From assembly GCA_002633005.1 (NCBI GenBank), contig NMRA01000290.1:188748-252747 (forward strand): DNA of 64,000 nucleotides, read 5' to 3'. Numbering within the stretch: the stretch's first letter is position 1; every line of letters starts with the position of its first letter. The position numbers and the translations under genes were made by a program. Positions 35,901 through 48,203 of this stretch are shown in pieces. This DNA comes from Phoronis australis. Lineage: Eukaryota; Animalia; Phoronida. A model generated the notes under the pieces. That model was not told where the DNA came from. It did no database searches and saw nothing but the letters and a program-made list of their open reading frames with translations.

Positions 35901-38900
35901 GTCACTTCACCTAACATTGAGCCACTTTGGCACTGTGTGACGGTTTGGCTCCGAGAAATATTGAGATATGTGTGTGTTTCAGGCTCTACAACGCCCGGTT
36001 GCAGTATTGAAGGTGAACAAATCTGGTTCCAAACATACTCTTATGTATTTTGTTAGCCACATGTACTGTTTGTGTTTGGTACCTGGTTGTTTGCTATTTG
36101 ACTGGGGAACGGAATGTGTTTATGCCTGTCTTTTTTCTTTTCCAGCTAAATAGACGGTTTGTGCTAAGCTTTCTGCAGGTTCATGGAAAATTATTTACAA
36201 AAATTGGGTAAGTCTTATTGTTAGGTACATATATGACAGAGATTGTGTAAAATAGCTTAATGTCATGTTTTAAAAGTTTGTATCTATGCATTTAAGGGTT
36301 ACAACTGGATTGTCTTGCACAAGCTGTGTTAATTAAAATAATTACAAAATGCATGCTTTAGGCAAAACGTTAATGTAAATATCTCTTTCATAATATTGAG
36401 GTCACTTTTTCATGACACTAGGGTCATTCCCTTCTGACTACGTTGAGTTATACTATAGTCTCCCCTATTTGGAAAAAGTAAACAAGAGATACTTAAGTGC
36501 AGGGGGCAGTAGTATATTTTGAAAGTATTTGGAGCTGGAACCCAGCAGTGAATTGTACTCATTTACTGCAGCATGTAGTCTTGATCTCTGCGTTTCAGTA
36601 TGGAGACATTTCCTGAAGTATGCTCCACCATGCTGCGGGAGTTCCAAGCGTTACTTCAACAATCCCCTGAACCCATCAGCTCTGTCCGCCTACTGCAGCT
36701 TCTCTCTATCAACATGTTCTCCATTAGCAATACAGAATTGAAAGGTATTTGTAACGTAGCCTCAACAATTGTCTCCTCTGCTAATCTTGAAAAGAGCTGC
36801 TGAACATGTTATTAAACTCCACAACGCATAGGGTTTTGGGTGTTTTTGGCATAGTAGATGAGACGAGATTTTGTGGAATGGACCGTTAGACACTACTGAT
36901 TGAGCGATTCCTAATGTATTTGTGTTTGTAATAGAGAAGAAAAATATTGCCCTGCAGTGTGTGAAAATTTTGTTCTTCATTCAGGCTGCTGGCTTTGTGA
37001 TGAAATAAAGCAATTAGATAGCCTATTGGTGCTGAAAATCTGTCTATTGTTTTAAGAATTGGTGTATTTTAGTTATACCTCGCACTGTGTTTATAACTAT
37101 TTAAAAAGATTGTGGATTGTACTTTCTTTTTTTAAGTCACGGCAAAGTTGTAACATTTTGGATAACCTTAATTTTTTGTATTAAATTTGATATATTTTTA
37201 CCTTGTTGTCAGTGTTAATGAAAGCATACAAAATTTCAATGATCATAGACGTGAACTTGATTTTTATGTGCCCACATATACACATGTGAGTGAATAGATT
37301 GGTGCCATTGCTGTGTAAGCATATAGCGTCAGATACTACAGCTCCTAAACCCTTTTCAGGATCTTCTTGAAATTTGGTAGATGAGCTCTTATGAAATTGA
37401 TGACAAAAGACTCAGATTTATCCAACTGCTACTGTGCCCCCTAGTGTCAATTTAATTTTTTATGTTTGTCTGTATCTTTTGAGTTCCATGACGGATTTTT
37501 ATGAAATGTGGCTCATAGGTTTTTATTAAGGAGACAACAAAGCCTTTCCATTTTCTGGCAGATTACATGAATTCCTTGTTGATCTTTTTGTCTCTCTTTT
37601 TGGTATCCACTTCTCAATCTGCCAAACAACTTGAAGGATTTTAATTTGTTTGAAGACCACAGTTGACGTTGATTTTTGGACAGGTCTAACTTTTGGGGCA
37701 CCACCTAATGGCAATTTCTTTTTGCTTCCATGGCTATATCTCCATTTGCAGGATCTGAGAAATATGACAAGTGTTTTCCTATGAATGTGGCAACTTATGA
37801 CAACCACTTTTGGGCATATCTGACTACCACTGTACCCCCAGTAGCAATTTTAGTTGTTTACATTGGCCTCTGTATTTCAGATTAGTCCTTAACAGATTCT
37901 CATGAAATTTAGCAATTGAAATAGGTTTCAGTTAAAGGGTCAATGACGACTACCCATTTTGAAATAGATTCGAGGTATTCCGTGCCACACAGCGGCCATT
38001 TTTTATTATTTTTGAGTATGCTGTTTAGCATCCACCTCTATCTGCCAAACTGATTTTCAGGCAGTTCTGACTGTTGTGGCGCCTCCTAGTGCCCCCTAGA
38101 GGCATTTCAATGCTTTGCGTTACTCTTGTCGTGAATAATCAAGAACCTAGTTGTATTTTGTCTTAGCATGTGCGAAAATAAATTGCTTCATGTTCTTTTT
38201 CAATCTCTTTGTTAAGTTGTACTTACACCCCTTCATTATCGGAACATGTCATTCCACGCCCTTAGTTCATGGCATTGTGGAAGATAATTGATGTGTTTTT
38301 TTAATTGCTGATGGATATTATGACAAATCTTTCATCTAGATGCCCCTGTCGACAACTGCCGATCCCTGCTACAAGAAAACGCCCTTCAGGTGGCGTTCGA
38401 CATGATTGGGCTAGTCGCTCACCGTTGCTCACAGCTGTTAGAGAGTCACTCCAAGTCCAGTCTCTACCCATCCATGCTACTTGACGATGAGCTCCACCTG
38501 TTGTTGCCAAGTGTGAAGTTGTGGTCTGATTGGATGACCTGCCACCATGACCTCTGGAACCCTGTGCCATCATCAATAGACCCTCAGTTAGGGTGCGTTA
38601 GTAAACAAATATCTTATCAACTCTGTGGTAACAATTGTCTAATTTTGGACAAGGAATTGAGTAAATTGCAATTATGAATGGTGCAAATGACGTCTGGTGG
38701 TGTCTGTGCAGTGTAAGCCATGCTGAGAATGACCTAAGATTTCTTTAATATTAAAAAAGTGAAGAGTTATCATGGTTGTGAACAAACTGATGCTAACTTG
38801 TCTTATACACATTGTGTATTGAGAAGGAGATACATTATTTATGCACAGAAATATCGTCCTAATTGTAGTCCGTTAATTGTCAATTGCAGTCAGAGTTTCT

Positions 38901-41900
38901 GAAGTTTGTTTTGTATTGATATTTTTAGAGGATCCATTTACTTATGGTCATGCAAAATAGAAAAAAGAAGTTTTTACGTGATTTGTCTATCAGTTTCTTT
39001 ACTTCACTTGCATAGTTCTTTCTATTGCAGACCCCATGTGGATACATGGCAGTGGATTGCCGACTTGCTGAACACACTCGGTGATGTTGAGATATCACAT
39101 GTCAGTTTACATGACCAGATGATTGAAGGTGTGTTAACATATCTGTGTTCACTGTAGTGATAGGATGTTTGTCAGCTGTGGACATTAAGGGTACAGTAAA
39201 GGTCTTGTCTTGTTAATCTATCTGACCAGAAATGATTTTTAGGACTATGAAGAACGTTCTTGTCATTGATTATCACGGTTGGTTAGTTTCAGTCTCCAAG
39301 GCAATATGGTTGTTATGGAATTCCACGCGATTTGTTGTAACCTGTTTCATTTTAAGCACTGTATGAATGTGGTGATGTTTCTTTCTTGTCATTGATTATC
39401 ACGGTGGGTTAGTTTCAGTCTCCAAGGCAATAGGGTTGTCAGGAAATTCCAGACGATTTGTTGTAACCTGTTTCATTTCAAGCAGTGTATGAATGTGGTG
39501 ATGTTCCTTTGAAGCAAACACACTTGTTAGGAAAGTTGACGTTTTCACACAGGGTTGATAGTGGCTTTAAGTTGAATCAGTTTGTTAATGCTTAACAATT
39601 ATTACATAGTATTACAACATGATATTAACTTTAATTTGTACATACATCACCCTGTTGCAAGCCCTCATGTCTCAAGTAGCCAAAACTAACTTTTTGCGCT
39701 CTTTCAAATTGTCACCTGTGCGAGTTGATAGTGATTCAAACCTTGAGGAGAATTTTTCAATCACTTGAGGGGAATTTTTAAGCCTCATGATGGAAATTTT
39801 GTGTGATTTTTCAATATTTTCAGTGGGATTGAGGGCCCTGAATACTTCTGTAAGCTTAAAAACAATAACTGTGCTCTTTTAATGGCGTTTCAGTGAATTA
39901 AAAAATAAGCTGCTATTTTTGAAATTTGTGTTTTGAAAATTTGTCAGTTGTCTGTTTATTTCATGTGTGGATTGGTGGTTTCAACTGTGTGGAAATACCT
40001 TGTCCAGATTTGGGATTAATGTTCTGGTATCCACTGAATTCTTTGTAGGATGCACTCCTGTGATTCTTGCTGAGGACAGCACGATGGCTGGTTATGTCCC
40101 CTTGTTGAACTTGAGCAGACGACTGACATATGTGCATACAACTGTGGACAAGGTAAGCTGTGGGATCTACAGGGTGGACGGTCCTGAAGCAGGCAACACA
40201 GTCCTGTTGTTTCATTGGGATTTATTATTTCTGTTATTTTTATGAAGTGATAATAAACAAAAGACTTTTGATAAAATGAAGAGTTTCGTGTACATTTATA
40301 TTATACCTACACAGCAGTTGAAAACCCATGAGTCTTATCTAATTATTTAAAAAGAAATATCTAAATTAATAATTAAACCAAATACAGCATTTCATATTGC
40401 TTGGTCTAATCTATGTAGGAAGTTGCCAAAGACTGCCTACGCATATCTCGACTAAGGACATTCGGCGACTACCTCTGTGGCATAGAACCCCCTGTTCTCT
40501 CCTATGATGTGCACAGCAGGAGGTATATGAGCCTAGTGACATCTAGTGATGAGCAAACTAAATCACCTCCAGTAGATGACCTGGGCCATAAGTCTGATAC
40601 AGAGGAGTCACAGGACGTGATTGTGGAGAGCGAGACAGAGGACGATGTTGAACACGTGAGGGAGCTGAGAGCGAAGAGAGCGGAGCTACAGAAACAGATA
40701 GACGAGCGACAGCAGCAGCAGAACACACGGCAGGTGGGCTTAACACGCGTGCACAGACGTGTAAAAGCAGCTGTAAATCCATGTTCCATACTTTAGACCA
40801 CTTACTGTTATGAACTGTTCTTAGTCAATTTTGAAGTAATTCTTGGCCTTTGAAAGAACTGACAGGTTGTTGTTGCTTGGCTTGTCATATCGGGTTAATC
40901 TATGCAGTGAGCGCCATCTGAAGGAATAAGAAACCGTTCGTTCTTTGCAAACCCAGAAATCACTTCTCATTAGAGTACGGAACAAGCTGAGGTTAACTTT
41001 ATTATAGTAATAAGTGGTTAAATCAAAAGTTTGCTTCTTCGACAGAAGGCAATCTTATAGCTGCTTTAAAATAAACGCATTTGGTGATCGACCCAAGAAT
41101 TTAAATTGGGTTGAAAAAAAGTTTTACGTCTATAATTTTACTGGGAAATGTGATATCTTCAAGTAAAACATTGGCGCCAATGTTTTGGCAAATTATTGTT
41201 TTTGAACAGTAGCATCTTAAGCCTTTTATCTTATATCCAAATGCAGTAAGTACTGACGGATGGAAAGGTTGTCTTTTTGGTAACAAAAATAAGAACAAAA
41301 AATACTGAAATTTTAAATTGAATCAAATTCTGGAATTTGCTTTATACTTGAGTTAGCGGCGTTGCTTCCATCTCTCACGAATTTCAGCTTGGCTAGTGAT
41401 GTTATTATTGTTCTGGCTAATAGGTGGCGTTTTAGCCAGACGATGGTGCATGGAGATCAGGACATTATCTGATAAGTGACAGATGGAACCTTAATCCACC
41501 TCATTTATTCAGAGAGGGGCTCTCGATGCATTCATGGAGAGCTTACTTGACACCCTCTCTGAACCAGTCTTCCTCGCAATTTAGGATAGTGACATTATAA
41601 GTATTAAAATCAAGTCCAATGGCGCATAGGTGGCTAAAAATAGCCGAGTCATACGTGTCCCCGTAACTACGGCGACATGTGCAATTTTATGCTCTGTTTC
41701 GTTTCACCCATATATCTGAGCTGTCGAGTCCTTACACTGAACACTGTTTTTAAGAATAAGAAGGCCTTAAGAAAAGCTTCAACAATTTTGTTCGACCGAT
41801 GGGTGTGTGTAATACTCAGCCAAGTGAAGATTTATCTTACATCGTTCTGTTCTTAAGTGTGTACCATCAGTACCTTCATTGTTACAGGCCGTGTTTGACA

Positions 41901-44900
41901 ATGAAAACAGTGTGATTGAGCTGGAGATCCGCCCGCTGTTCCTTGTGCCTGACACCAACTGTTTCATCGACCACTTGAAACTCATCATGGCGCTGGTCAC
42001 CTGTCAATCATTCATTGTAGTCGTCCCACTTGTTGGTAAGTTGGAAAACAAGCGCGCAAGGCGGTCAGCGTAACAACAATAATGCTAATGGTAATCTGAT
42101 TAAATATTTCAAAATTCACTTGCATGATGTGGTGAGTATTTTGATTGTTTCCTTTCGACAACTTCTCAGACTCAATACTTACCTCATCATCACCTGCTTG
42201 TGCTTTGTTGTGCTGTGTTGTGTTTACTCTTTATTTTGTGGTGAAAGGAACCAGAACATCTACGTTTTGTTCACTTTTGCAAGCTGTGCTATTTGTTCCT
42301 CTTGATGTTGACATGCGTAAAAAGATTTGTAAACATTCTCTGGCTTTGTTAAACTTAACGGAAATGCTCAATGCAGTTTTCTAGAGATGCTCTGTAATGT
42401 TTTTAAACAAAAAAAATATAATTGATAGAAAAGAATTCTGTATGCATGGTAACATCTGACCTGCTAGCAGACCGATTTCCATCAAATTGTACCATATGCG
42501 AGGAAATTTTGTTTTTACGGCAAGGTTGTACATCGCTTACTAGGGATGCTTTCATATTCCTTTGACAACAAATGTACTCTTCTATATCACACTTGACCTT
42601 GAATGAGACACTTGAGTATATTTTGTCTAAAGAATGTCATGTTTAAGCTTCACGTTTTCATGTACCTAGTGACTAGAAGTATCTCCTGGTGTTTGACTCT
42701 TCTTGGCAGTGAACGTTACATTTATATCTCACATGTTCATATCTTTCCAGTGATCAACGAGCTGGATGGTTTGACCAAGGGTTGCAGGAGTGGCGGCAAC
42801 GACACTGAACAGCATGCCAAGCAGGTTCAGAGGTGTGCAAAGGAGGCCGTGGATTACCTGGAGGATCAGTTTGAACAGCGCAACAGTCGCGTGAAGGCAC
42901 TGACCAGCAAGGGGACGGTTATGGACACAATAGCATACAGGAGCGAGGAGTCGGACCATATTGTAAGTATATGTCAGTGTTGGTTTGTGTTCTGGGCTGT
43001 GTAATGTAGGCGCAAGAAGTTCGTGAGTTAATCTAGTGTGGTCACGTGCTTCAGTTGTAGTACACGGAGATATCTTGTGAAATCTTGCATGGGCGTTTTC
43101 ACAAATTTCTTGGGTCTATGGAATGCAGGCCCAGACAGATATGGCAAATTTTGTCATTTGCACTGCATTGAAACAACACGCTGTCTAGTTGTTTTGTGTG
43201 CAATTGTGGCCAAGGCTTAGGAGACTTGGCTCTCCACACCTCAACAACTTTACACAATTGAAATAAGACACATTAAGTTTTGTCAACGCGTGTCTATGTC
43301 ACCAATATCACAAATAATATGCAAGCAGTATACTTATTTCATTTACCTCAAGTTGTAAGAGAAAGTTATCCATGGACGTGTTTAAAAACGTGCTAGCCCT
43401 TAAGCAGCTCATTTTTCCCTTAATTAAACCGAGTTGCTCTCCTCATTTGTTTTAGGGAAACAACGACGATTTGATCTTGTCATGCTGTCTTCATTATTGT
43501 AAGGACAAGGCGAGGGACTTCATGCCAAAAGATCCCGGTGAGTTATGTGAATCTATGTTGTAGCTATATGGAAATGATACACCCCCTGTCTTTCACGCTT
43601 ACGTGATACAGTTTCGGTCAGGCAAACCAGCAATGAATAGTCTGATATAACGAGCCCGTATTTTGAGAACCAGTTTAATGCCCGTTATTCAGTGGCGAAA
43701 ACTGGTTCTCAAAATTCGGGCATGTTGTATAAGACCATTACCTGCAAACTTATGAAAAAGTAATGCAAATCTGCTTGAGAAATGGAGGCAAAATAAAAGA
43801 TTCTGGGAACATCGCATGTCACAAAAAATTATTTTTGTACTGTGCAGTTTCTTCGTCTACAGAAATGAAATTATTTGTTTTGAGACATTTTATTTCTTGT
43901 TTTTAAAATTCTTAAAATCACCAATTTCATATCAGAAACACACTGGTCAATCAGCTGTCAAATTAGAACACATGCAAACACTATCAGAATTAGCTGATCT
44001 CGAGCATTTATTGGTCGAAGCACGCTGTCCTAGCGATCAACTTTCCTCGAGCTTTTGATGAATAAATAATGCTTTTCGGTCTAACCCGTTTCATGACAGA
44101 TTATTCGGAGCACTTGTCACTAATGCCAACAGTGTCTACTCATAAAACATTCAACAGTTAGTCTTCTAGTTGACGCTACTTGCAAGAAATATTGCTCAAT
44201 GAAATGCATGTGTGGAGACGTTTAGTTTATAATATGTATTTTTCTGTAGGTCAGTCAGTGGTGGAAATATTTTCATAAAAAATTGCAGTGGTTTTCCTTG
44301 GGGCGTCAATCATAGTACACACATTCAAAGCCTGTGTTGTTTATCGCCATATTTTATTTTCCTTCATTTGAACGGTCACGAAAACTTGTCATTAACTAGA
44401 ATTTGATGACAGTAGGCGTCTAGGATATGCTTGTATGGTGTATATGAAAAATTGTCTTCTTTTCATTAATATGAACACCTAAAGCTCATAACCAACAAAT
44501 TTCAATTGTAAATCTCTTACGGGCAATCTTATTTAGAAAAGGCTCTTGTTAGGTATATCAGTGAGGCGAATGCCATGTGAATTTTCCATTAGAGTGCAGA
44601 GAGGGCTTAGCTTTAGATATGCCTGGAACAAGATACGTCCAGGATTTATGTACTGAATTACCATAGATACTGATCTTCTTACATTTCACTTGAATAACAT
44701 TAGCTGTTGTTTTGAGGATTGACTCAGTTTAAAACCAGATGTCGCAGCAAAGTGTGTTGTACATGTTTTCATATTGCCATGACGCAACTGAGGTTTTTGA
44801 TCTATGGTTACACTGTGTCCACACATTCATTACCATCCATGGTTTCAGCTGCTAACTTTTCAGGTAAAAAATCTCAATTTGTCAGTACTAACGCTTTCTT

Positions 44901-45282
44901 GTAGCTTTTCAGTTTTTATCTGCAGGTACTTGACAATAATTTCGCCACATTTTATGCTTGAACAATCCACTTCAGACAAGATAAGCCGATTTTGACGCAT
45001 TAAAAAATGTAACTATACACATGCACTACTCTCCAGTATTTTTCTTGCTGTGCAGAAATTCAGTTCCTGTCAATTTTTATTTGGTATGCACGAATGTTTT
45101 GCATCATTTAGAAGGTGTAGTATTGTTAATGCATTACTGTCATTAATTTAGGTAACCCAATCAGGCTCGTACGCGAAGTAGTTCTCCTCACGGACGATCG
45201 CAATCTCAGGCTCAAGGCGCACACTCGTAACGTGCCCGTCAAAGATCTCGAGAGCTTCTGCACTTGGTCCAAAGTTGGATGA
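23868..45282 (+). CDS. SMG6: SMG6/EST1A NMD endonuclease (EBMs, 14-3-3-like/TPR domain, PIN domain), ~1535 aa, complete
   Basis: 17 phase-consistent exons totalling 4608 nt: 23868-23964, 27588-29625, 30628-30765, 32568-32757, 33523-33740, 34480-34669, 35011-35196, 36146-36207, 36599-36744, 38340-38592, 39031-39128, 40049-40152, 40419-40733, 41888-42035, 42751-42962, 43456-43537, 45152-45282. EJC-binding motifs RRPALQIYQPG and KRPDMQVYVP; LGDIARYKE, PKNGRPYNQLA; PIN acidic residues in LVPDTN, INELDGL, GNNDD, LLTDDRNLR. Confidence 0.97.
24397..25318. mobile_element. Foldback/MITE-like element with ~200-bp imperfect TIRs in SMG6 intron 1
   Basis: ~24400-24595 is the reverse complement of ~25112-25315 (e.g. 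GGGTGCATGCAAAAT / ATTTTGCATGCACCC, ACTCACCTT / AAGGTGAGT). Confidence 0.75.
27588..29625 (+). CDS. SMG6: SMG6 exon 2 (2038-nt disordered region)
   Basis: ctacag acceptor, contains ORF 27668-29629, two EBMs, GGILRLP, RG repeats, LYDPNNP. Confidence 0.95.
30225..30350 (+). mobile_element. tRNA-derived SINE remnant
   Basis: A-box-like TGGCCTGGTTG, B-box GGTTCAAGTCCC, then CCCTTGAGCCAG core-like segment. Confidence 0.55.
30628..30765 (+). CDS. SMG6: SMG6 exon 3
   Basis: SVRQENQAAVEQ...NQLMNILSRR...ERINRLR|gtgagt. Confidence 0.9.
31090..31460 (-). mobile_element. HINE-like element, short copy 3
   Basis: Hairpin ATGTACCTACTTAAAGTAGGTGCAT, GTGCCCCCTAGTGGC subunit, end ATGCTTTGCGTTGCTCTT. Confidence 0.6.
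32568..32757 (+). CDS. SMG6: SMG6 exon 4
   Basis: KEVGHRYKQLVLL...MEQSMWRIVFYQLIESLR...VLEE. Confidence 0.93.
32760..33072. repeat. 53-bp minisatellite x~6 starting at the SMG6 exon 4 donor
   Basis: GGGCACTTTGACTGGTTTG... at 32761, 32814, 32867, 32920, 32973, 33026. Confidence 0.93.
33523..33740 (+). CDS. SMG6: SMG6 exon 5
   Basis: AVVFYEDLL...SAHRSMIALGDIARYKEQ...NYGKAR. Confidence 0.95.
34480..34669 (+). CDS. SMG6: SMG6 exon 6
   Basis: WYLKAQHLAPKNGRPYNQLAILALYTRRKLDAVYFYMRSL... Confidence 0.96.
35011..35196 (+). CDS. SMG6: SMG6 exon 7
   Basis: SCQARKK...RRIEIWVSPDG...KLSVSE; alternative in-frame acceptor would start at 35020. Confidence 0.9.
35735..35933 (-). mobile_element. tRNA-derived CORE-like SINE remnant
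   Basis: Minus strand reads GTGGCTCAATG...GGTTCAG...GTGTCCTTGAGCAAGTCAC...CTGCTCCAGTCAATCCAGCTG...AGCCACGGCTAGATAGTAACCTG; related copy at ~1310-1460. Confidence 0.62.
36146..36207 (+). CDS. SMG6: SMG6 exon 8
   Basis: LNRRFVLSFLQVHGKLFTKIG. Confidence 0.95.
36599..36744 (+). CDS. SMG6: SMG6 exon 9
   Basis: METFPEVCSTMLREFQALLQQSP...RLLQLLSINMF. Confidence 0.95.
37260..38130 (-). mobile_element. HINE-like element, diverged copy 4
   Basis: TTTTTATGTGCCCACATATACACATGTG start, same subunits, end ATGCTTTGCGTTACTCTTG. Confidence 0.68.
38340..38592 (+). CDS. SMG6: SMG6 exon 10
   Basis: CRSLLQENA...LLPSVKLWSDWM...WNPVP. Confidence 0.95.
39031..39128 (+). CDS. SMG6: SMG6 exon 11
   Basis: PHVDTWQWIADLLNTL... 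Confidence 0.92.
39257..39507. repeat. ~126-bp tandem duplication in SMG6 intron 11
   Basis: TTCTTGTCATTGATTATCACGG...GAATGTGGTGATGTT at ~39257 and ~39383. Confidence 0.88.
40049..40152 (+). CDS. SMG6: SMG6 exon 12
   Basis: CTPVILAEDSTMAGYVPLL...VDK|gtaagc. Confidence 0.93.
40419..40733 (+). CDS. SMG6: SMG6 exon 13
   Basis: EVAKDCLRISRLRTFGDYLCG...VRELRAKRAEL... Confidence 0.93.
41888..42035 (+). CDS. SMG6: SMG6 exon 14 (PIN start)
   Basis: ELEIRPLFLVPDTNCFIDHL...VVPLV. Confidence 0.96.
42751..42962 (+). CDS. SMG6: SMG6 exon 15
   Basis: INELDGLTKG...ALTSKG...IAYRSEE. Confidence 0.96.
43456..43537 (+). CDS. SMG6: SMG6 exon 16
   Basis: GNNDDLILSCCLHYCKDKARDFMPKDP. Confidence 0.96.
43638..43737. 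mobile_element. Small palindromic MITE, copy 2
   Basis: TAGTCTGATATAACGAGCCCG...TTTTGAGAACCAGTTT / AAACTGGTTCTCAAAA...CGGGCATGTTGTATAAGACCA. Confidence 0.7.
45152..45282 (+). CDS. SMG6: SMG6 exon 17 (terminal)
   Basis: NPIRLVREVVLLTDDRNLRLKAHTRNVPVKDLESFCTWSKVG then TGA. Confidence 0.96.
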
Positions 45283-46479
45283 AATTGACCTCGAAAGCTT
45301 GGTTTTTGCCTGCTACTCAGTTCAGTTTCTACTATATAGCATGTTCTGAGTACCCTTACTTGATGACAAGAGAATGTCTGCATGGCATTGAATGCAGTTC
45401 ATCTGTAAACGATTACACTTTGTTCTACCGAGCGTGTCTGAAAAAGAGTGATTTAATAAGTGCTTTGTATTTGGAGTAGCACTTGTGTTCAGTCTTCATC
45501 AATAGTTAGTTCATCGTGTGCTCTCCATTTCATCTTAGTGATAGAACATTTAGATGTATACAGCGTGACCATGGCATGTGCCACTTTGAACAGTGTTAGT
45601 TCATTTTAAGCCGTTGGACAGGCTTGTGTAGTTAGTTTTTTTAATTTTCTGTTAATGAACTGACATTTAAAATGTCGACACAGACCTCCTACCAGGTAGA
45701 ACTTTCTGATGCATTTTGAATATTGTGGATTAGCTTGAAAAAATTCCCGTTTTCAATATGGGTCGTACTTTTTGGCTGTTGGCCAATTCTTGTTAGGAAA
45801 GCAAGTTGAAGAGCAGTTATTTGCCATTGGCAGAATTTGAACGTGTGAACTGTTGATGTGAGAACCATGTTTACTGTTAATGAACTATACTGGGAATTTC
45901 TACATATAAGCACACTCATGGGTGTATTTTTAGAAACCCTTTGCATATTTTGAAAACATGAATTACATATTTAGCATGTTTTGATGAACAATCTTATTTA
46001 TTTTGACAAGAAATAGTACTTTGGGATTGCTATTTCACTAAAATGATATTTAATGAGACACTGTGATTTTGTTGGTTACTGTTTAGACACTGTTAAGGAC
46101 AGTTTTAATGACAGTTCCGGAAAATAGGCCCCCTTTTCAGAAAAGTACACCCAGGCGTACATTTGGTTTCATTTGATGTTTGTGAAATGTCATTTTTTGA
46201 ATATTCACTCATGGGCCGATTTTCGGAAATTCTCAGTACTTGGAAGGTTGACAAACATGGACAGACTTAAAGCAGTGGAAATTGTGTGCCTCCCTTTTAT
46301 CGTTGCCATAGTGACAGGAGGAGTGTGGAAATACTGCTGTAGTGTAAACAGACATTTTTAGTCTATTTTGAATAAGGATTCAAAAATATTTATTTTTCAG
46401 TTAGTGGTTTATGTTCAACCTATTTCACAAATACTTGTGTTTTGAAAAAAATAGTAATTTGACCACATACATTGAAAAA

Positions 46480-46900
46480 CCTTTTGTGTATGGCGATAAG
46501 TCAATCTCATTTCTTTTAATTAGAATTTCAGAAATTAATGCAACTGTGATCAAAAGTCTATTGAATAAAAATGACAATGGTCTTGACAGTGAATGTTTAT
46601 TAATTATTAATCTCTTCAAACTGATTCATTCATTACCCGAAATATTCACCAAGATTCATCCCTTTAACTATCGAGAATGTAAAAGTAACTTGTGTGAATT
46701 CGTGGAAATATGCAATACTACAGGGCTTGGAATTTTCCTCTTTTAAGAGGATTTCCTGTTCTTTAATTTCGAAGTCATCTTTATTTGGTTTCCAGTTTCC
46801 TCTTTCTCCATCTCTTTTTGACATAATTTTGACTTTATTCATGCAAAAACTTTTATTTCAGTTAAATTTTACGACCCAAATAGTATTTCTATCACAACAG
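46480..46900 (-). mobile_element. Possible degenerate LINE RT N-terminal fragment
   Basis: Minus-strand peptides FEIKEQEILLK and LSRPLSFLFNRLL resemble pre-RT LINE motifs. Confidence 0.35.
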
Positions 46901-47213
46901 CCTATTCATTAGTAAGGCTGTGCATCACCTGGAAAATTTTCCTCTTTTTTGTCATTGGTCATTCCAAGCCCTGATACTATAACCCAATACCAGTAAATGT
47001 AATGTAAAACATGCATGCACTTACAATCTTATTCATTTTCTGAGCCAGCAGATTTGACTTGAATTGCACAGGAAATGTTTTAATTTTTTTCTTTAACTAA
47101 CATGTTAGTTCTAATTCACTTGATTTTACTGCTGCTGATACAATCAACTTCACTCAACTGAAACATTCACATTTCATACTTGCAAGCGCTAACGTGCTAT
47201 TACTGTTGCATGA

Positions 47214-48203
47214 CTATTTAAAACTCATATCTAGTTGTATCTTCATAGAACCCTTGGTGGCAGCATGCTTCAAAGCATCGTCAACGTCTCTAAGGGAATA
47301 AACCTTTGACAGAAGTTTGTCAACATCCACACTGCCTTTAGACAATGCTTCCAGTGCCATTAGAAAGTTACCACAACGCGAACCAATGATTTTAATCTCC
47401 TTGACAACAACCAAGGATTCATTGAAAACCGGGTTACTAGCACATGTAGTTTTCAAAACAATGGTACCTAGTGGTTTAACTATTGTGCAGGCTTGCGCCA
47501 ATCCAGATGGAGAACCACAAGCGTCAATGACAACATCAAAGTAGCTGTCGTATTTTGCATGCGTGCTATCGTCGGAAATCCTTGTCTCAACCCCACTTGG
47601 GAGCAGATTCAGTTTTTCGCTGTGACGACCAAACACAATAAACGAAGCCTTTTCCTGTAAGTGAACCACACTAGCAATAAGGATACCGAGTTTCCCATCC
47701 CCGATAAGAGCGACTTTATCCTTTGGCTTAATGAGGCCTTGCTCTACTATGCGATAGGCAGCAGCTAAAGGCTCTGCAAATACAGCCTGAGCATCACTGA
47801 CATTATCAGGAACAAGGTGAAGATTTTCTACAGGCAAGATAAGATGAGTAGCGTATGTACCGTCCTTGTTAAGTATGCCCATAACAGTTCGTTTAGAGCA
47901 GTGATTACGTCGAATAATGCCACCTTGTGCACAGATGTCGCAGTCATTACAAACGAGGTTGATTTCCCCAACTACTCTCTGTCCAATGTTAACTCCAGCA
48001 TCCGCGTCCACGTCAATCACTTTTCCGACAAACTCGTGACCCAAGATTCCCTTGAAGCCCATGTATCCCTTCATGATCTCCAGGTCGGTGTTACACACAC
48101 CAGCCCTGAGGACCTGAATGAGTGCACCACCAGGCTTGCGAGACGGAATTGGTCTTTTCTCTAGTTTACCCTCACCGTGTTCATATACAACATAGCCTTC
48201 CAT
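47214..48203 (-). CDS. Zinc-dependent medium-chain dehydrogenase/reductase (MDR; alcohol/threonine dehydrogenase-like), intronless CDS
   Basis: 329-aa intact ORF; catalytic Zn ligands GVCNTD, GHE, AEP; structural Zn C-x2-C-x2-C-x10-C; Rossmann GDGKLG; IIGSRCG; splice acceptor ttatttacag 2 nt upstream of the ATG. Confidence 0.93.
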   Translation of the reverse strand: MEGYVVYEHGEGKLEKRPIPSRKPGGALIQVLRAGVCNTDLEIMKGYMGFKGILGHEFVGKVIDVDADAGVNIGQRVVGEINLVCNDCDICAQGGIIRRNHCSKRTVMGILNKDGTYATHLILPVENLHLVPDNVSDAQAVFAEPLAAAYRIVEQGLIKPKDKVALIGDGKLGILIASVVHLQEKASFIVFGRHSEKLNLLPSGVETRISDDSTHAKYDSYFDVVIDACGSPSGLAQACTIVKPLGTIVLKTTCASNPVFNESLVVVKEIKIIGSRCGNFLMALEALSKGSVDVDKLLSKVYSLRDVDDALKHAATKGSMKIQLDMSFK

